A DNA stretch of 64,000 bases, taken from Penicillus capitatus (taxonomy: Eukaryota > Plantae > Chlorophyta). Made by a program: the position numbers and the translations under genes. Positions within the stretch are counted from its first letter, which is position 1, and every line of letters starts with the position of its first letter. Location: positions 1,146,477-1,210,476 of the forward strand of contig OZ287699.1 of NCBI GenBank assembly GCA_965649825.1, written 5' to 3'. Below the pieces are notes generated by a model. That model was given only the letters and a program-made list of their open reading frames with translations, was not told the origin of the DNA and did not search any database. Shown one piece after another: positions 1-11,292 of the stretch.

Positions 1-240
1 CGTTATCTCAGAAAGTGATTGTACTCTTGTGTTCAAACATCAGAGCATAGATCTTCTTCAGATCACGTTCTCGCAAATCTCTCCGTTTGTCCAGCTTGTT
101 CATAATGGCTTTGGACGACAAGCGATCTAACCACTACACGCTTCTCGTCGTCTTTCCATGCCAAATAGCGCGTACGCCCATGATGCGCTTCATCGGATCG
201 TTCAGTAAACACACGCACGCACGTACATACGCGTCTGTCT

Positions 241-1365
241 ATGTCTGCATCGATCGATCGACGGTCATTATTGTGGTCCAGCCGACCTCTGTCCATGGCG
301 TCCATCTCTGCTCTTACCCTCGTCGCGGTTCTCTTCGCGTCTCTGTCCATCTGGACAGTTCACGCAGACACTGTCGCTTTTCTCGACGGCGCTTCGAAGC
401 CGTACCTCAAAGAGTCCATTCCCTCGCAGCTTTCTGCCGACGGATACTCCGTTCTCCAATCCGTTCTCTCCAACGAGGCACCTCCATCTCGCGTGTCCGA
501 AGACGTTGCGACGGAAGTCGACCATTTCCTTATTCCCGATGTCTTCCACCGACCGGTCGCAACGTGGAACGTCGTGGTCCTCGGAGCAACGCCGGCCGAA
601 CTGTTTGCCAACAAAGAGACAACCGATGCCGACATTCCTGCAGTGAAGGTCGCCGAAGTCGTTGGCAGCTCCCCTGTCTCGATGCACAGATCTCCAACGA
701 AGCGCGTCTTCCAGAGCTGCGACATCTCGTGCTTAGCAGAGAGTCTTGGTCAAGGGGCCGAGCGTCTGGGTGGTTCCTATCAACGCCAAGGCAGCGCCGA
801 CCTCACCGGAGTGCTCTCTCTGGCGCAATGTTCCGCCGAGGGGCTGCAGTTGGAGCAAGGAGCATTGTCTTTCTGGGCTGCAGAGCTCGGGGCATTGTGG
901 AGGGACCTACTCACAACACCGCGCGTTTCTAATCGTCCCGTGCATTACGACAGCGCGCTCATTGGACTCTTCCTCGTACGTCAGAAATACGGCATCGATT
1001 CCAATGCATTCCGTTTTTCCACCTGCTACACAGCAGCGACGCTGAAGCGATTGCATCAGATCGTGGGGGAGGAAGTGAATGGACAGCTCTTGATGTCGAT
1101 CTTGACGCAGAAGCACATCGAGACAAATGTTGTTGTGGAAGAGGCGATGGCATCTCATGGACGTAATCTCCTGGAGATCAAGTGGTACGGAGACAATGAT
1201 CCAAATTATACGGCGCTGGAAAAGACGAAGAGGTTCTCGACGAACACTGTGGCCTATGTCATGTTCTTGATATTGCTTTTCAGCGGATTGGGAAGTTTCT
1301 ATGCCATGGTGAACATGGATTTTACAAAGGACACGCTTCTATACTCTCAGGCAAGAGTTGACTAA
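241..1365 (+). CDS. Type I membrane protein, V-ATPase accessory/(pro)renin-receptor-like (ATP6AP2/plant PMP-like)
   Basis: Signal peptide (likely start MASISALTLVAVLF at 295), single C-terminal TM helix, tail MDFTKDTLLYSQARVD matching the plant-type ...DTLLYS.V..D end. Confidence 0.6.
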   Translation: MSASIDRRSLLWSSRPLSMASISALTLVAVLFASLSIWTVHADTVAFLDGASKPYLKESIPSQLSADGYSVLQSVLSNEAPPSRVSEDVATEVDHFLIPDVFHRPVATWNVVVLGATPAELFANKETTDADIPAVKVAEVVGSSPVSMHRSPTKRVFQSCDISCLAESLGQGAERLGGSYQRQGSADLTGVLSLAQCSAEGLQLEQGALSFWAAELGALWRDLLTTPRVSNRPVHYDSALIGLFLVRQKYGIDSNAFRFSTCYTAATLKRLHQIVGEEVNGQLLMSILTQKHIETNVVVEEAMASHGRNLLEIKWYGDNDPNYTALEKTKRFSTNTVAYVMFLILLFSGLGSFYAMVNMDFTKDTLLYSQARVD

Positions 1366-1555
1366 GGAGGCATGAAGTCCGTCAGGCGTCTGATGGGATT
1401 GCCGTGGCATCTAGTTTGTGGATGGTCATGGATTAAGATTTGTGTTTTGTTGGCTGAGCGAATACGCGTCGTAACGGTCTCCGTTCTCACTCTTGGCTAG
1501 AAAGCAGGCGGTTAACAGATCGGACGAGAAAAGGCTTCAGAGTGTGTGACCGTTC

Positions 1556-2747
1556 TCAAAAGTCCCATTTCGCCCCTGTGATGGTATTGCTCAATTCCCA
1601 CAGCTTCTTGGCAACTTCCTCATCATACGAGGCAGCAGTCGAACGGGATTCCTACACACATCGTTCAATGGATCGACAACGACAGTCGAGTTTAAGGACT
1701 TTGGAATCGGAAAAGTACTTTCCAGTCACTTTTTCGACCTCTGGACTCGATGCCAAGTAGATTTGCGTCAGAGCCCCTGATGCAAACAAAGGAACGGCCT
1801 TTTAGGTTAAGGTAAGTGATACCTTGTGCCGATGTCTTAAAAAAAGAGGAGAAGCATTTCGAGAAGAATCTCAGGAGGATATTGGAGTCTTCTGTCACAA
1901 GGTGTCGTCCGAGATCTGTGGCAACGACGCCGGGATGACATGCATTGACCGTGACATTGTGTTCAGGGGGAATGCGTCTGGCCAATTCGTAGGCAAAGAG
2001 GAGATTGGCAAGTTTGGAATGGCTGTAGTTCATGATGCGAAAAGTGGCCTTCTCTCTGTTGATGTCATCAATATCCATCCCTTGAACATATCGATGCGCT
2101 CTAGAGCTCACCACAACGATTCTGGCCACACTAAGAAACGCATCTCTGCGGTTAAGGGATACCAGTTGCCAGCTCACATGTACACCTTTCGTGGTTTCTG
2201 AGCAAAGGATAGAGCAGGCTTGTGAGTAGAAAGGGACCGAAGTGATTGGTGCCCATGACCATATCAAGTCCGTCTTTTGTTTTCTCGGGAGAGCCTCCCA
2301 ACACTCCTTTACATTCATAACATCACATGTCTAACTGAATGTCACCTTTTGACGATATCACCTGCATTGTTGATGAGCACATCTATGGGGACATGATCGT
2401 TCACGAGGCCCTTGGCAAACTGATTGATGCTTGAGAAATCTGCCAAGTCTAGAATGCGAGATTCGATGAGAGCATCTGGTTTGTGTGACCTAGGCGCAGA
2501 GGAATGTAGAAATGGGGAGAGTGGGAGAGCGCGTGATTTCTCACTTGATGCGCTCTACTGCCGTTTTTCCTTTCTCTGGGTTGCGACAGGCAATGATGGT
2601 GCGGAATCCTTGAGCCGCTAAGACGACTGCGGTCTCGAAGCCGATGCCTGTATTACCTCCTGCAGTGAAAATAGATGGATTCAGAGAGGAGAGCTGGACG
2701 CATTCAGCGTCGCCTGTGATCACAACGGTCTTCGTCGTCGCGTTCAT
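1556..2747 (-). CDS. Short-chain dehydrogenase/reductase (retinol dehydrogenase-like), multi-exon
   Basis: VVITG/GNTGIGFETA Rossmann motif, YSHSKLANLLF catalytic YxxxK, NACHPGVVAT, end KKLWELS..WDF*. Confidence 0.9.
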
Positions 2748-3188
2748 GGTCTCTTAGTTCGACCCAGCGTCACACTTCTGTGAAATAGATAAAGTCTTTT
2801 CGTGATGGTGGATTAGTTAATGTCGTTCAACCGCACTTCGAGTCCGGCACTGGGATGTTCTCAATGTGCAGATTGACGGATTGCAGTCCAGGGATCCATC
2901 CTCATCGGCAATCCACAACCTTCCGAAGTCTGGTAAGGACGACGTGACGGAGAACGTTCGACAGGCAGAAGATTCCAGAACCTCCTAATCCAGTTGATTC
3001 GTCATCACAGACATTATCGAGGTATTAAAGCCGAGATCTGCATGCGTGTGCTGCGATCTGCTTTCATCGGTTTCCAAGGCGAGTTCCGACCGTTGTCCAA
3101 CGCTTTGCTCAGGTCTTGTCGGTGCGTTACACCGCGTGAAAATCGTCGTCGGCGAGTTATCTGGCGCGTAAATGTTCAGCAGCACGCA

Positions 3189-3593
3189 TTTTACCGGCGG
3201 CCGACTGCGCGCTGTGATCTCTCGCTTCGCGTGACCTCGCCGTTTCTTCGTTACCGAACTCGAAAGTTCAACTCGAAGTGTTTTTCTGCCGTGCTGTGGC
3301 TCGAAATGCTCGTCGCCGTCGCATTTTACCGGCGGCCGACTGCGCGTTGCGATCTCTCGCTTCGCGTGACCTCGCCGTTTCTTCGTTACCGAACTCGAAA
3401 GTTCAACTCGAAGTGTTTTTCTGCCGTGCTGTGGCTCGAAATGCTCGTCGCCGTCGCATTTTACCGGCGGCCGACTGCGCGTTGCGATCTCTCGCTTCGC
3501 GTGACCTCGCCGTTTCTTCGTTACCGAACTCGAAAGTTCAACTCGAAGTGTTTTTCTGCAGTGCTGTGGTTCAAGATGCTCGTCGCGGTCGCA
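3189..3593 (+). repeat. 135-bp tandem repeat, 3 copies (upstream region plus first codons of the PAN gene)
   Basis: Units start at 3189, 3324 and 3459; each ends in ATGCTCGTCGC(C/G)GTCGCA; the right arm has only 2 units. Confidence 0.95.
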
Positions 3594-4496
3594 TTGACGC
3601 TGCTGCTCTCGGCTGCGGTTAGATCCTTGTTGTTCGCGAGTATCTAGAACACAACAGTTTCGCAGGGAGCCATGTCCGAAGAAGTCGTTCCTTGCGCAAG
3701 AAGCGGCGGCGGCGTCGTCAACCAACCAAGTGCGCACGACAAGCGATTCCTGAGACCTCTGAACAATTCCTGTAGGCTGTGACGACTTCTATACTGGAAC
3801 AAACTGGCCAGGTGAGGCTGTTCTTTTTTGAATGAAACTTAACGCTGGCTGCAGGAAACGATATTGAAGAGCTCGATGGACTCGGGAATGCGGGCAATTG
3901 CTGCTACAGATGTCGCCTTTTGGGATCCTGTAAGATCCATCTATCAAGAACTCGCATCCATGCCATTTCTGTGCACACTAGACTGCAAAGCATATGTGTA
4001 TAACACAGAGACGGGCAAATGTTTTCTCAAATCCGCCGCATCCGATCCAGAATCTTGCCCTGCATGTCAGGGACGCAACGAAATCGAAATGGTGCGTCCA
4101 GTTCTCTTTTACGCCGTTTCATAAAGCCAAAGAAAACACACGCTGTTGGATAGAAAACAAGAGATTCCTGCAACGCTGTCTATGGACTAAACTCAAGTGG
4201 AGGGAAGTATGCGATAATTTATCCAGTCACTCAACCGGACGTGTGTTGCCAGCTGTGTGAATCCGACCCTAGTACGACTTGAAGTCTTGAATAGAGCAAC
4301 ATTCTCGTCTTCTTCGTAGGATGCGATTCATGGGTATGGAATCGCAGTGAAGATAGATGTTGGCTGAAAGAAGGCGAACAACAGGTTATGGAAAGTCCTG
4401 ATTGTATCCTCGGTAGAAAATCTTCGAGCCCAGCGCTCCCACAGAAGTACTCTCATTCGTATTCTCCTGCTCACACACATGTCCGTTTTCAGATGA
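3576..4496 (+). CDS. Secreted tandem PAN/apple-domain protein, copy 1
   Basis: Signal peptide MLVAVALTLLLSAA; spliced motifs YTGTNWPGNDI..CCYRCRLLGSCKAYVYNTETGKCFLKS and CCQLCESDP.CDSWVWNRSEDRCWLKE; ~50-nt GT-AG introns. Confidence 0.8.
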
Positions 4497-5055
4497 GAAC
4501 CTGACGGCCAGACGTTTCTGCCGTCTCGCAAAGACGAGGAAGTCAGTTGTTTGAGAACCAGTTTGCATGTCTTCCTCGAGAAGTTTATTTCATTTTGATG
4601 AACCAGTCCTCTGTTGTTATTCAAAGAAAGCAAAAAGGCGCAGGACGCCTTCTGAAATCCAGTCCCTTTTTGTGTCGTTGCATCTGATCGATGCATGAGC
4701 CTTGTTGAAGTGTGCAGCTTTTTGATGAGCCGGTCCTTTTTTGTGTCATTGAATCTGAAACCCAGTCCTTGTTGTCTGACTGCATCCGATTGGCGCAGAA
4801 GCCATGTCGAAGTTGCAGGTTTTTGGCGAATCAGTCCTATGTTGTTTCCTGAAAGAAGCAAAAAGGCACAGGACGCCTTCTGAAATCCAGTCCTTTTTTG
4901 TGTGATCGCATTGCTTCGAGGCGAGACGCGCCGCGCCGACACTGTGTCACCTTATGATTCCTTCTCCGCGGGTGGGATGGATCCATGATCAAGTGATGAG
5001 CCGAGATCTGTGTTTTAATCCGCCCGCAGTAACAGCAAGACAATACATCGCGCCA

Positions 5056-5425
5056 TCAAGGTCCTTTCTCTTCATGTCCCATCGCTGGCAACGACATGCT
5101 GTTCGCCGTCCCACATCTGACAAACTTGATGTTGGTCCTGTCCCTTCGATGCTTTTCAGCGACTGCTAGATTGGCAGAGAATGATGTGTTCGATCGCCCC
5201 TCTGTCTCAGATGCCAAGTTCGCCGATGCCGGATAGCAGAGCCTTCTGGAAACGCGCCGGCACGCCTGTTGCCTTTTCCAGCTTGTCTTTCACATCTCTC
5301 AGCGTGTCAGATCGATCGATGTCCACTCGCACTTCTGAACCGCGTGGCAGACGATGCGTCATCATTTCCACCTGCAGCCAACTCTCGCACAATTCTCACA
5401 CTATTCACGCGATCCTCACCCTCAT
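5056..5425 (-). CDS. Small ubiquitin-like domain protein, copy 1
   Basis: VRVDIDRSDTLRDVKDKLEKATGVPARFQKALLSG is a Ubl-fold pattern; continuation past the TGA needs a GC-AG intron. Confidence 0.6.
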
Positions 5426-5839
5426 CACAACGCGTCCCATAGGACGCAGACGCGCATGCATTGATGATTCGTTCAGGACACGGCAGGCAGACAGCGCCCT
5501 TCCTTCATCCAAGGAATTCCCCCGCAGGTTGATCGCTGCTCTTCGACGGCGGCGCCTTCGATCATCTAATTCTCATGTCGCATCATCTCACACCTTTCAA
5601 TCTTGCGCACTGTACGTGAATGTATCTCTTTCGGTGATGGATGGTCTCGGACGGAGCGACGTTTTCGGCCATGGTCGTTCCTCGCCATGCGCACGAGAAT
5701 CTGCGTCGCGAATCGAATCGTCGTTCCGTCGATCGATCGCCATCAATCGCGATGACAACGACGTCGCCATCGAAAAAACCGCCACCTCGACAGGGTCTTG
5801 CCGTCACTTCGTCGCTCCGCCGCAGTCGACGCCACTCCG

Positions 5840-6427
5840 ATGTCCCACGACAACAAAGATGCGCATCGTGACGAGACACCATCCACAGAGAAGGGGGATT
5901 TGGCTTCCGAATTCGAGTGCTCGATTTGCTACGAGCTCCTTCACGAACCCGTCGTCGGTGCGGCCCTTCGGCAGAAGTTGCCTCGACGTCCCCGAGCAAC
6001 ACGTCGTGTCGTTCAGGAACGTGCGGACACGACTTTTGCAAGTTTTGCTATGACCAGTGGATAGAAGGCAAACGCACAGCGCCTTGTCCGATTTGCAAAA
6101 AACCGCTTCCAGCAGACTTGGGTATTTTTCTCGCTCTATGTTGGAAGAAATGAAGGAGTGAGATGGAAACCGAATGCTCTCGCAGGCGTATGCTTGCGTC
6201 TGAGGAACACGATTAACAGACTCTTTCCCGACAAGGCAAATCAGCGCAGTCAACAAGTCGAGAACTATAGGAGAGATGCAGCATTAAAGTCGAAGAAGAG
6301 AAGAGAAGAGCCGCCTCAAAATCCGTCAGATCGCGGGAGGCGCACTCGACCTGGACGCTCATTTCATCCAAGTGCCCTCGACGACAGAGATCGTCATGTG
6401 CGTGACCGCGATGATCATCGCGTCTAG
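5840..6427 (+). CDS. RING-finger (C3HC4) E3 ligase-like protein; may extend to ~7098
   Basis: Spliced FECSICYELLHEPVVG/TCGHDFCKFCYDQW...CPICK/VCLRLRNTINRLFP. Confidence 0.8.
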
Positions 6428-7407
6428 GGAGACACGAGATTCGTCTGACAAACGGTGTAACGACCATCCGAACGGTCCTGGATTGGGTGCATCTACCGGA
6501 GCTGAGACCAAACATGGAACCCGTACTGCCGACGCCCGATGCAGGACAGCTTCCGCGTTTCATCTACACGCCAGGACCGAACGTTCCGCCGCCATTCGTA
6601 AGCTAATCCACTCATGAGGCTCAGTGGGATACGTTCTTTGTGATCAGACCCCACGACGCGTGAGAATTCCGGCACGAAACAGTGGAATCAGTCCTTCAAT
6701 TCTGCCATATTCATCAACGGTCACCTCGGTAGAGTGATGCGGCGACAGAGATGATGATCTGACAGTGTGGCGGCCGGTTGCTATGTAGGGTGCCAGTCAT
6801 CAAGTCATTGGTCAGCCGTCAACGCTGCCGATGTCCCTTCCGTTTTCTGCGGCAATCTTGTCTCAGGAAACCAACCTCCCTCGTTGTTATTTCTCCATTG
6901 GAAGACGAACAACTCCGCAGCAACGAATCAGGCTCGATCTCAACGTCGCCTCATCGGTGGTTGAGATTATGGCTTGCCGTTGTGTATAGTAGGTATAGCA
7001 CAAGGAGACGTCTCCGTCAGGTGCCAACAAGATTCAGTCCAGAATTCTCTTTGCCTCCAACCACCATTCCTCCCTTGTCAGATGTCATGGACATGTAGCC
7101 GTTCTCATGGCGAGTAATACTCTCAAGAGTCGCTGTTATCTGATCAACCAAGCCTTTTCTTGAGAGTCTGTTGACATGGCTTTCTCTTTTTCTGACATCT
7201 GGATTGCTAATCGTGTGTCGTTATCACCGTGGACCGCCATAAGGTCACCTTGAAAGCAAAGAGTACGCAGAGTGTGCAGCGAGGAGAACAGGTGTCAAGT
7301 ACCAATACGTTGATTCAACGCATCAATTGTTGCGGTTTGTTTGTTCCTCAATGCAATCAACACTTCTGTCTTGCTTTTTTCAGATTGATAGTCTCCTTGA
7401 AGACGTT

Positions 7408-9401
7408 TCATTGCCTCAGCTTCTTTTTCCCTCCTAGAAATGAACTATCGTGTAAATTAAATGAAAGATTGCGAGGGAGGCACCAGTTTCGTGCAAAATG
7501 AATGAAGTCTTGCACTTTGGCGTCAGTGATTTTTGAGGAGATGGTGTCAACTGGGTGCATCATGATCGTCTTGAGATTCTGCATTTGCACAGACTTGACT
7601 GCTGTACGGGAAATGGATGGCCACTTGGAATAAATCCTCCATCGCACCGTTATGTTGAACAGTGTATAGATCCTCCAGTCCATTGAAGAGACACTCCGAA
7701 AATTCGGAGGCAATTCCAAAGTACTTCAGCAAAATGCTGCAACCAGTTTCAGGCCACACTTCAGAGCTGTCGTCTCTCTCGTCTTTCTGGTTTCAGAGAG
7801 AGATCCATTGAACGGACAGACATCGTTTTTGCGCACTTCTGCGTCGGATATGGATCTCAATGCTTGGATCTTGATGAATGCTTCTTCAAAAGCATGCAGA
7901 CAACGATCACTCTGCAAACCTTCACATTCCTTCATGTAGTCTGTAACGCGATCTGTTGAATACAGAGCGTCCACGTCGTCGCCATCGAATTCTTAGAGTC
8001 GATGCGAACGTTGTTCTTTGTCTAGAAAATCGCGGAAGACTTGCAGCAGGACAGACCAGGATCGACGCTGTGCTTCCTCCATTGCCTTCTTCTCAGCTGC
8101 ATGGCATTTCTGTGCATTTTCCAGATCTTGCCGCCATTGCATCTCCTTCTCTATCGTCCCAGCCAGTTCAGCCTCCTTTGTGTGGAGATCAGATGCGAGT
8201 TGATCTCTAAGGAACAGCACAGAGGGTACGGAGAAGCAAACGATTGCTGTCTGTTGACGTCTTGGCAGAAAGAGCGATCGATTTGGCTTCGAGATGAAGG
8301 ATCTGTTGGTGCTGCTGTTCGTTATCGCATCGGCATCTGTCCATCTGACCCATCCACTCCACAGCGCTGTCCTGGACAGATGCACATCGCGCCAACAGTT
8401 TTGCATTATGTCGCTGAGCATCGAGGATCTGAAGCCCTTGAACCTCCGATCGTCTTGACAGTTCTCTCCTCTCTTCCATCACTTGCCCCAATTTTTCTTC
8501 GAGATCGGATTTGTCTTGAGTCAGCTGTTTCGAATGTTGAGGACAAATTGAGTGGTGAGGGCCTTGTGTGACCTGCAGGATTTGATGGTGGGTTCTCTCT
8601 TGATCTGCACGTAAGTGCTGAATCTCTGTTGTCTTGTCATTCATCGAGGTTTGCAGTTGTTTCAGTGCCGACTGTGTGCTCTCCAGATGTCCTTTCTGTT
8701 GCGTACATTGTTCGGTGAGTGCCTCCGATTGCTCTGTCGCTCTCTGGACATCCATCTTGGATTGATTCCATTCCAACAGCACCGTGTGATTCTCTTCTCT
8801 CAGTCTCTCGTTCTGCTGCACAAGTCGGTCGTGATCTTTCAGCAACTGCTCGTGCATTTCGGCTTGTGTTGAGAGCTGGGAATCCCTCATGACATCGATA
8901 TGCTTGGCAGCACGATCAGGACTGGATACTTGTTGCTGAAGTGTGACGGTTGACTGCTGCAGGAGTGCATGCGCTTCGCAGCTGGATGTCCATTGCTGCT
9001 GCATTTCACGCAATGTCTTTTCCACACGGTCCATGTCACTCTCCTTTGCCTTCAGGCGGTTCTGAGCGATGTCAACGTCACATCGCAAGACGCGAATTTC
9101 ATCTCGCATCCTGCCAAAACTAGCCGTCCCCATACGACTGTCAGCATCGACGTTGACACTTGGAGATGCAAATGTCCTGTTCTTCGAGTGCCTGGGATTT
9201 CGATTGCGCTTCATCTCGATGCTCCTGAAGTGCTTCGTCGACGAGGTGACGCGCTTTTCTCAATGTATCGAGTTTCCATTGCACGGATTCAAGTATTTCG
9301 CCATTTGCTTCCTTGCCACAGTGCGAACAGATGAGATTCGATCTCTCATTTCCACGCGATGGCGTCGAGGATGTCGTTTTCTCGTCGAAGAGCGCTGCCA
9401 T
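7408..9401 (-). CDS. Long coiled-coil protein of unknown function, multi-exon
   Basis: Chain of E/Q/K/L-rich heptad ORFs (9141-9401, 8207-9214, 7993-8421, 7726-7974) on the minus strand; exon structure unresolved. Confidence 0.55.
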
Positions 9402-10119
9402 TTGCCATCAGCTGATGACGAGGATTCAATACCAATGATGTATTGCGAAAACGCATTCCGTTCATTACATTTTGTATGATGGAGTAAGCTACGAACAGCT
9501 AACGGTTGACTTAGCCGTCTCATGTCGTCAGCTTTTTGGCACAAATATAATGCCATAGAAAAGAAATACGTACGCAATGGTCGTTGCTGTCCTCAGGTAG
9601 CCGGGAAAAGATTGCCGTAGTCGCAAAGAACGACAAGGCACATGGTCTCCTCTCCGAATTTGGGTATTGAGACAGGGGCAACACAAGCTAGAAGAATTTT
9701 AAAACGATTACGAATTCAACGCGCAAAAAATCTGACACGATCATCGCATGTCGCAATTTTAGGGGAGAGACAACTGTGGATGGCATCCAGAGAGAAAACC
9801 AAGCAAAACTGTCTTCATCTCTGCATGCTTGTGTGAACGTCGACCTGGCGGCCGAGTCCGGACCGGATAGCGAGTCGCGCAGGGGACTCCGTCGGCAATG
9901 CTATTTACATAGCTAGAGGACGAAGACAACAGGGCAGTTCCGTTTAAATACCCAGCAGTGTGAGAGTCACATCATTATGTAAGCGCATCGTCACTCACAC
10001 TTCGCGTCATGCGTTCCAGTGATGTTCTGCTGGCGTGGCGCCACAAGGACGGTTGGCACGCCAGCAGCGACTCCTCGCCAGAAGACCCGAGGCGGAACCA
10101 GCTACCTCTCACAGCTTGT

Positions 10120-10981
10120 CACAGGTCATAGACATCAGATGCGGCGAGCGCAGCTTCCAGCTGTGTCCAGTGTCGCTGAAGGGCGAACGGCCGTCGTTCC
10201 GCCAACTCGGCATCAGTTTGGAGCGCAAGCTGAAGATCCCGAACCTGAAGGACTGCGTTGGAGGCATCCGGGCCAATCAGGGCGGCAGATTCAACGTGCA
10301 GATTCGCGCTGAACAGCTCAAGAAGTTCGAGACGGCGTTTGATCGAAGCCTAGACTGTGAACACGCCAAATGGGACTTCGAGTTGGACGACGACGGAACC
10401 TTCGAAGTTAACAACCCGCACTTCTCGCCAACGAAAGATAAGGTCTCCATCGTCATCGGTAATGTAGATACGGACATGGAAGCCAAGCAGCCATCTCTGC
10501 CATCGCCGAATAGAACTCCTTTCGCTGGAATTTTCCCGTCGCCGAGCTCCAAGAGGCCCACTTCGCTGCCCCATATAGATTGAACCGAAGGAAACGCCAC
10601 TCAACCGGATAGCCTCTGCCGGACTGGATCCCGAGCCGAAATGTGGAGGTTTACATCTCGAAGACACTACACGAGAAACTCTTCGGAGACCAGAAGACCT
10701 CGAACACCACGCTGGACTACATGGTGCTACCGATCCGTCCGTTCCTGCGATACATCACATGACCTCGGACTTTTCCGTACGACACTTACGTTCCGCCCGC
10801 CAATTTCCCTTGCCGAACGCAGGTGTCCGCACACGCGCACAACGCACGATGCAGCTTTCCGGTTCGTCGTCCGGAGGCCCTGGCACCGCCCCCGACCCCG
10901 TACGCACGGCGTAGGCCAAGCGACCCACACAGTCCGGTACCGACGCGATCTGCGCCGGTTACCCGATGTGCTCGACGCGAG
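10120..10981 (+). mobile_element. Decayed non-LTR retrotransposon ORF1 (gag-like) remnant, copy A
   Basis: VSIVIGNVDTDME...NRRKR...VEVYISKTLHEKL..VLPIRPFLR resembles the pre-zinc-knuckle region of non-LTR ORF1; frameshift and stops; homologous to 13430-14100. Confidence 0.5.
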
Positions 10982-11228
10982 TGTCGCCGGTCGGGTCGGA
11001 CGAAAAAAGACAATCAGCGGAAGACTTTTTACACTGTTGGAGCAAGGTCCTGAGTGTTCAGAATGTGTCCTTATGTATGTGCGCGGTGACGCGACGTTCC
11101 TAGGCAGGTGAATCACCCTAGCCTCAGAACCAGAGAAAATGGCCTCATGTGATTCAACCAAGACCCCTCCAGAATGTGGACCCATCGAAAACGAGGCAGT
11201 CCCATCGCCAAACCAAATCTTGGCGACA
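10982..11228 (-). repeat. 3' LTR
   Basis: Direct repeat of 12592-12838 with TG...CA ends. Confidence 0.95.
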
Positions 11229-11292
11229 CCACGCTTCCCGCCAAACTCCGAAAACAGCAAAAAAAACCCCCCGCGAAAATAACACAATCAAA

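Larger units (their letters stand above)
2856..5962 (+). repeat. Left arm (~3.1 kb) of a large inverted duplication
   Basis: Reverse complement matches 14749-17718 throughout: outer ends tgttctcaatgtgcagat vs tgttttcaatgtgcagat, inner ends at ...gtcgtcggtgcg; length difference explained by one 135-bp unit. Confidence 0.95.

Noticed and set aside
1-103. Possible minus-strand gene start MNKLDKRRDLRERDLKKIY at the window edge
   Set aside because: Too short and truncated to support a call
87-932. 281-aa alternative-frame ORF; likewise 29195-30247, 50891-51811 and the 5' part of 46163-47431
   Set aside because: They overlap better-supported genes and have R/S-rich off-frame composition
3189-3593. 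CRISPR-like array
   Set aside because: Units are whole-length tandem copies with no unique spacers; the context is eukaryotic with no cas genes
2985-3737. 250-aa minus-strand and 217-aa plus-strand ORFs over the repeat
   Set aside because: They are open mainly because the unit is a multiple of 3; the spliced PAN gene explains the region
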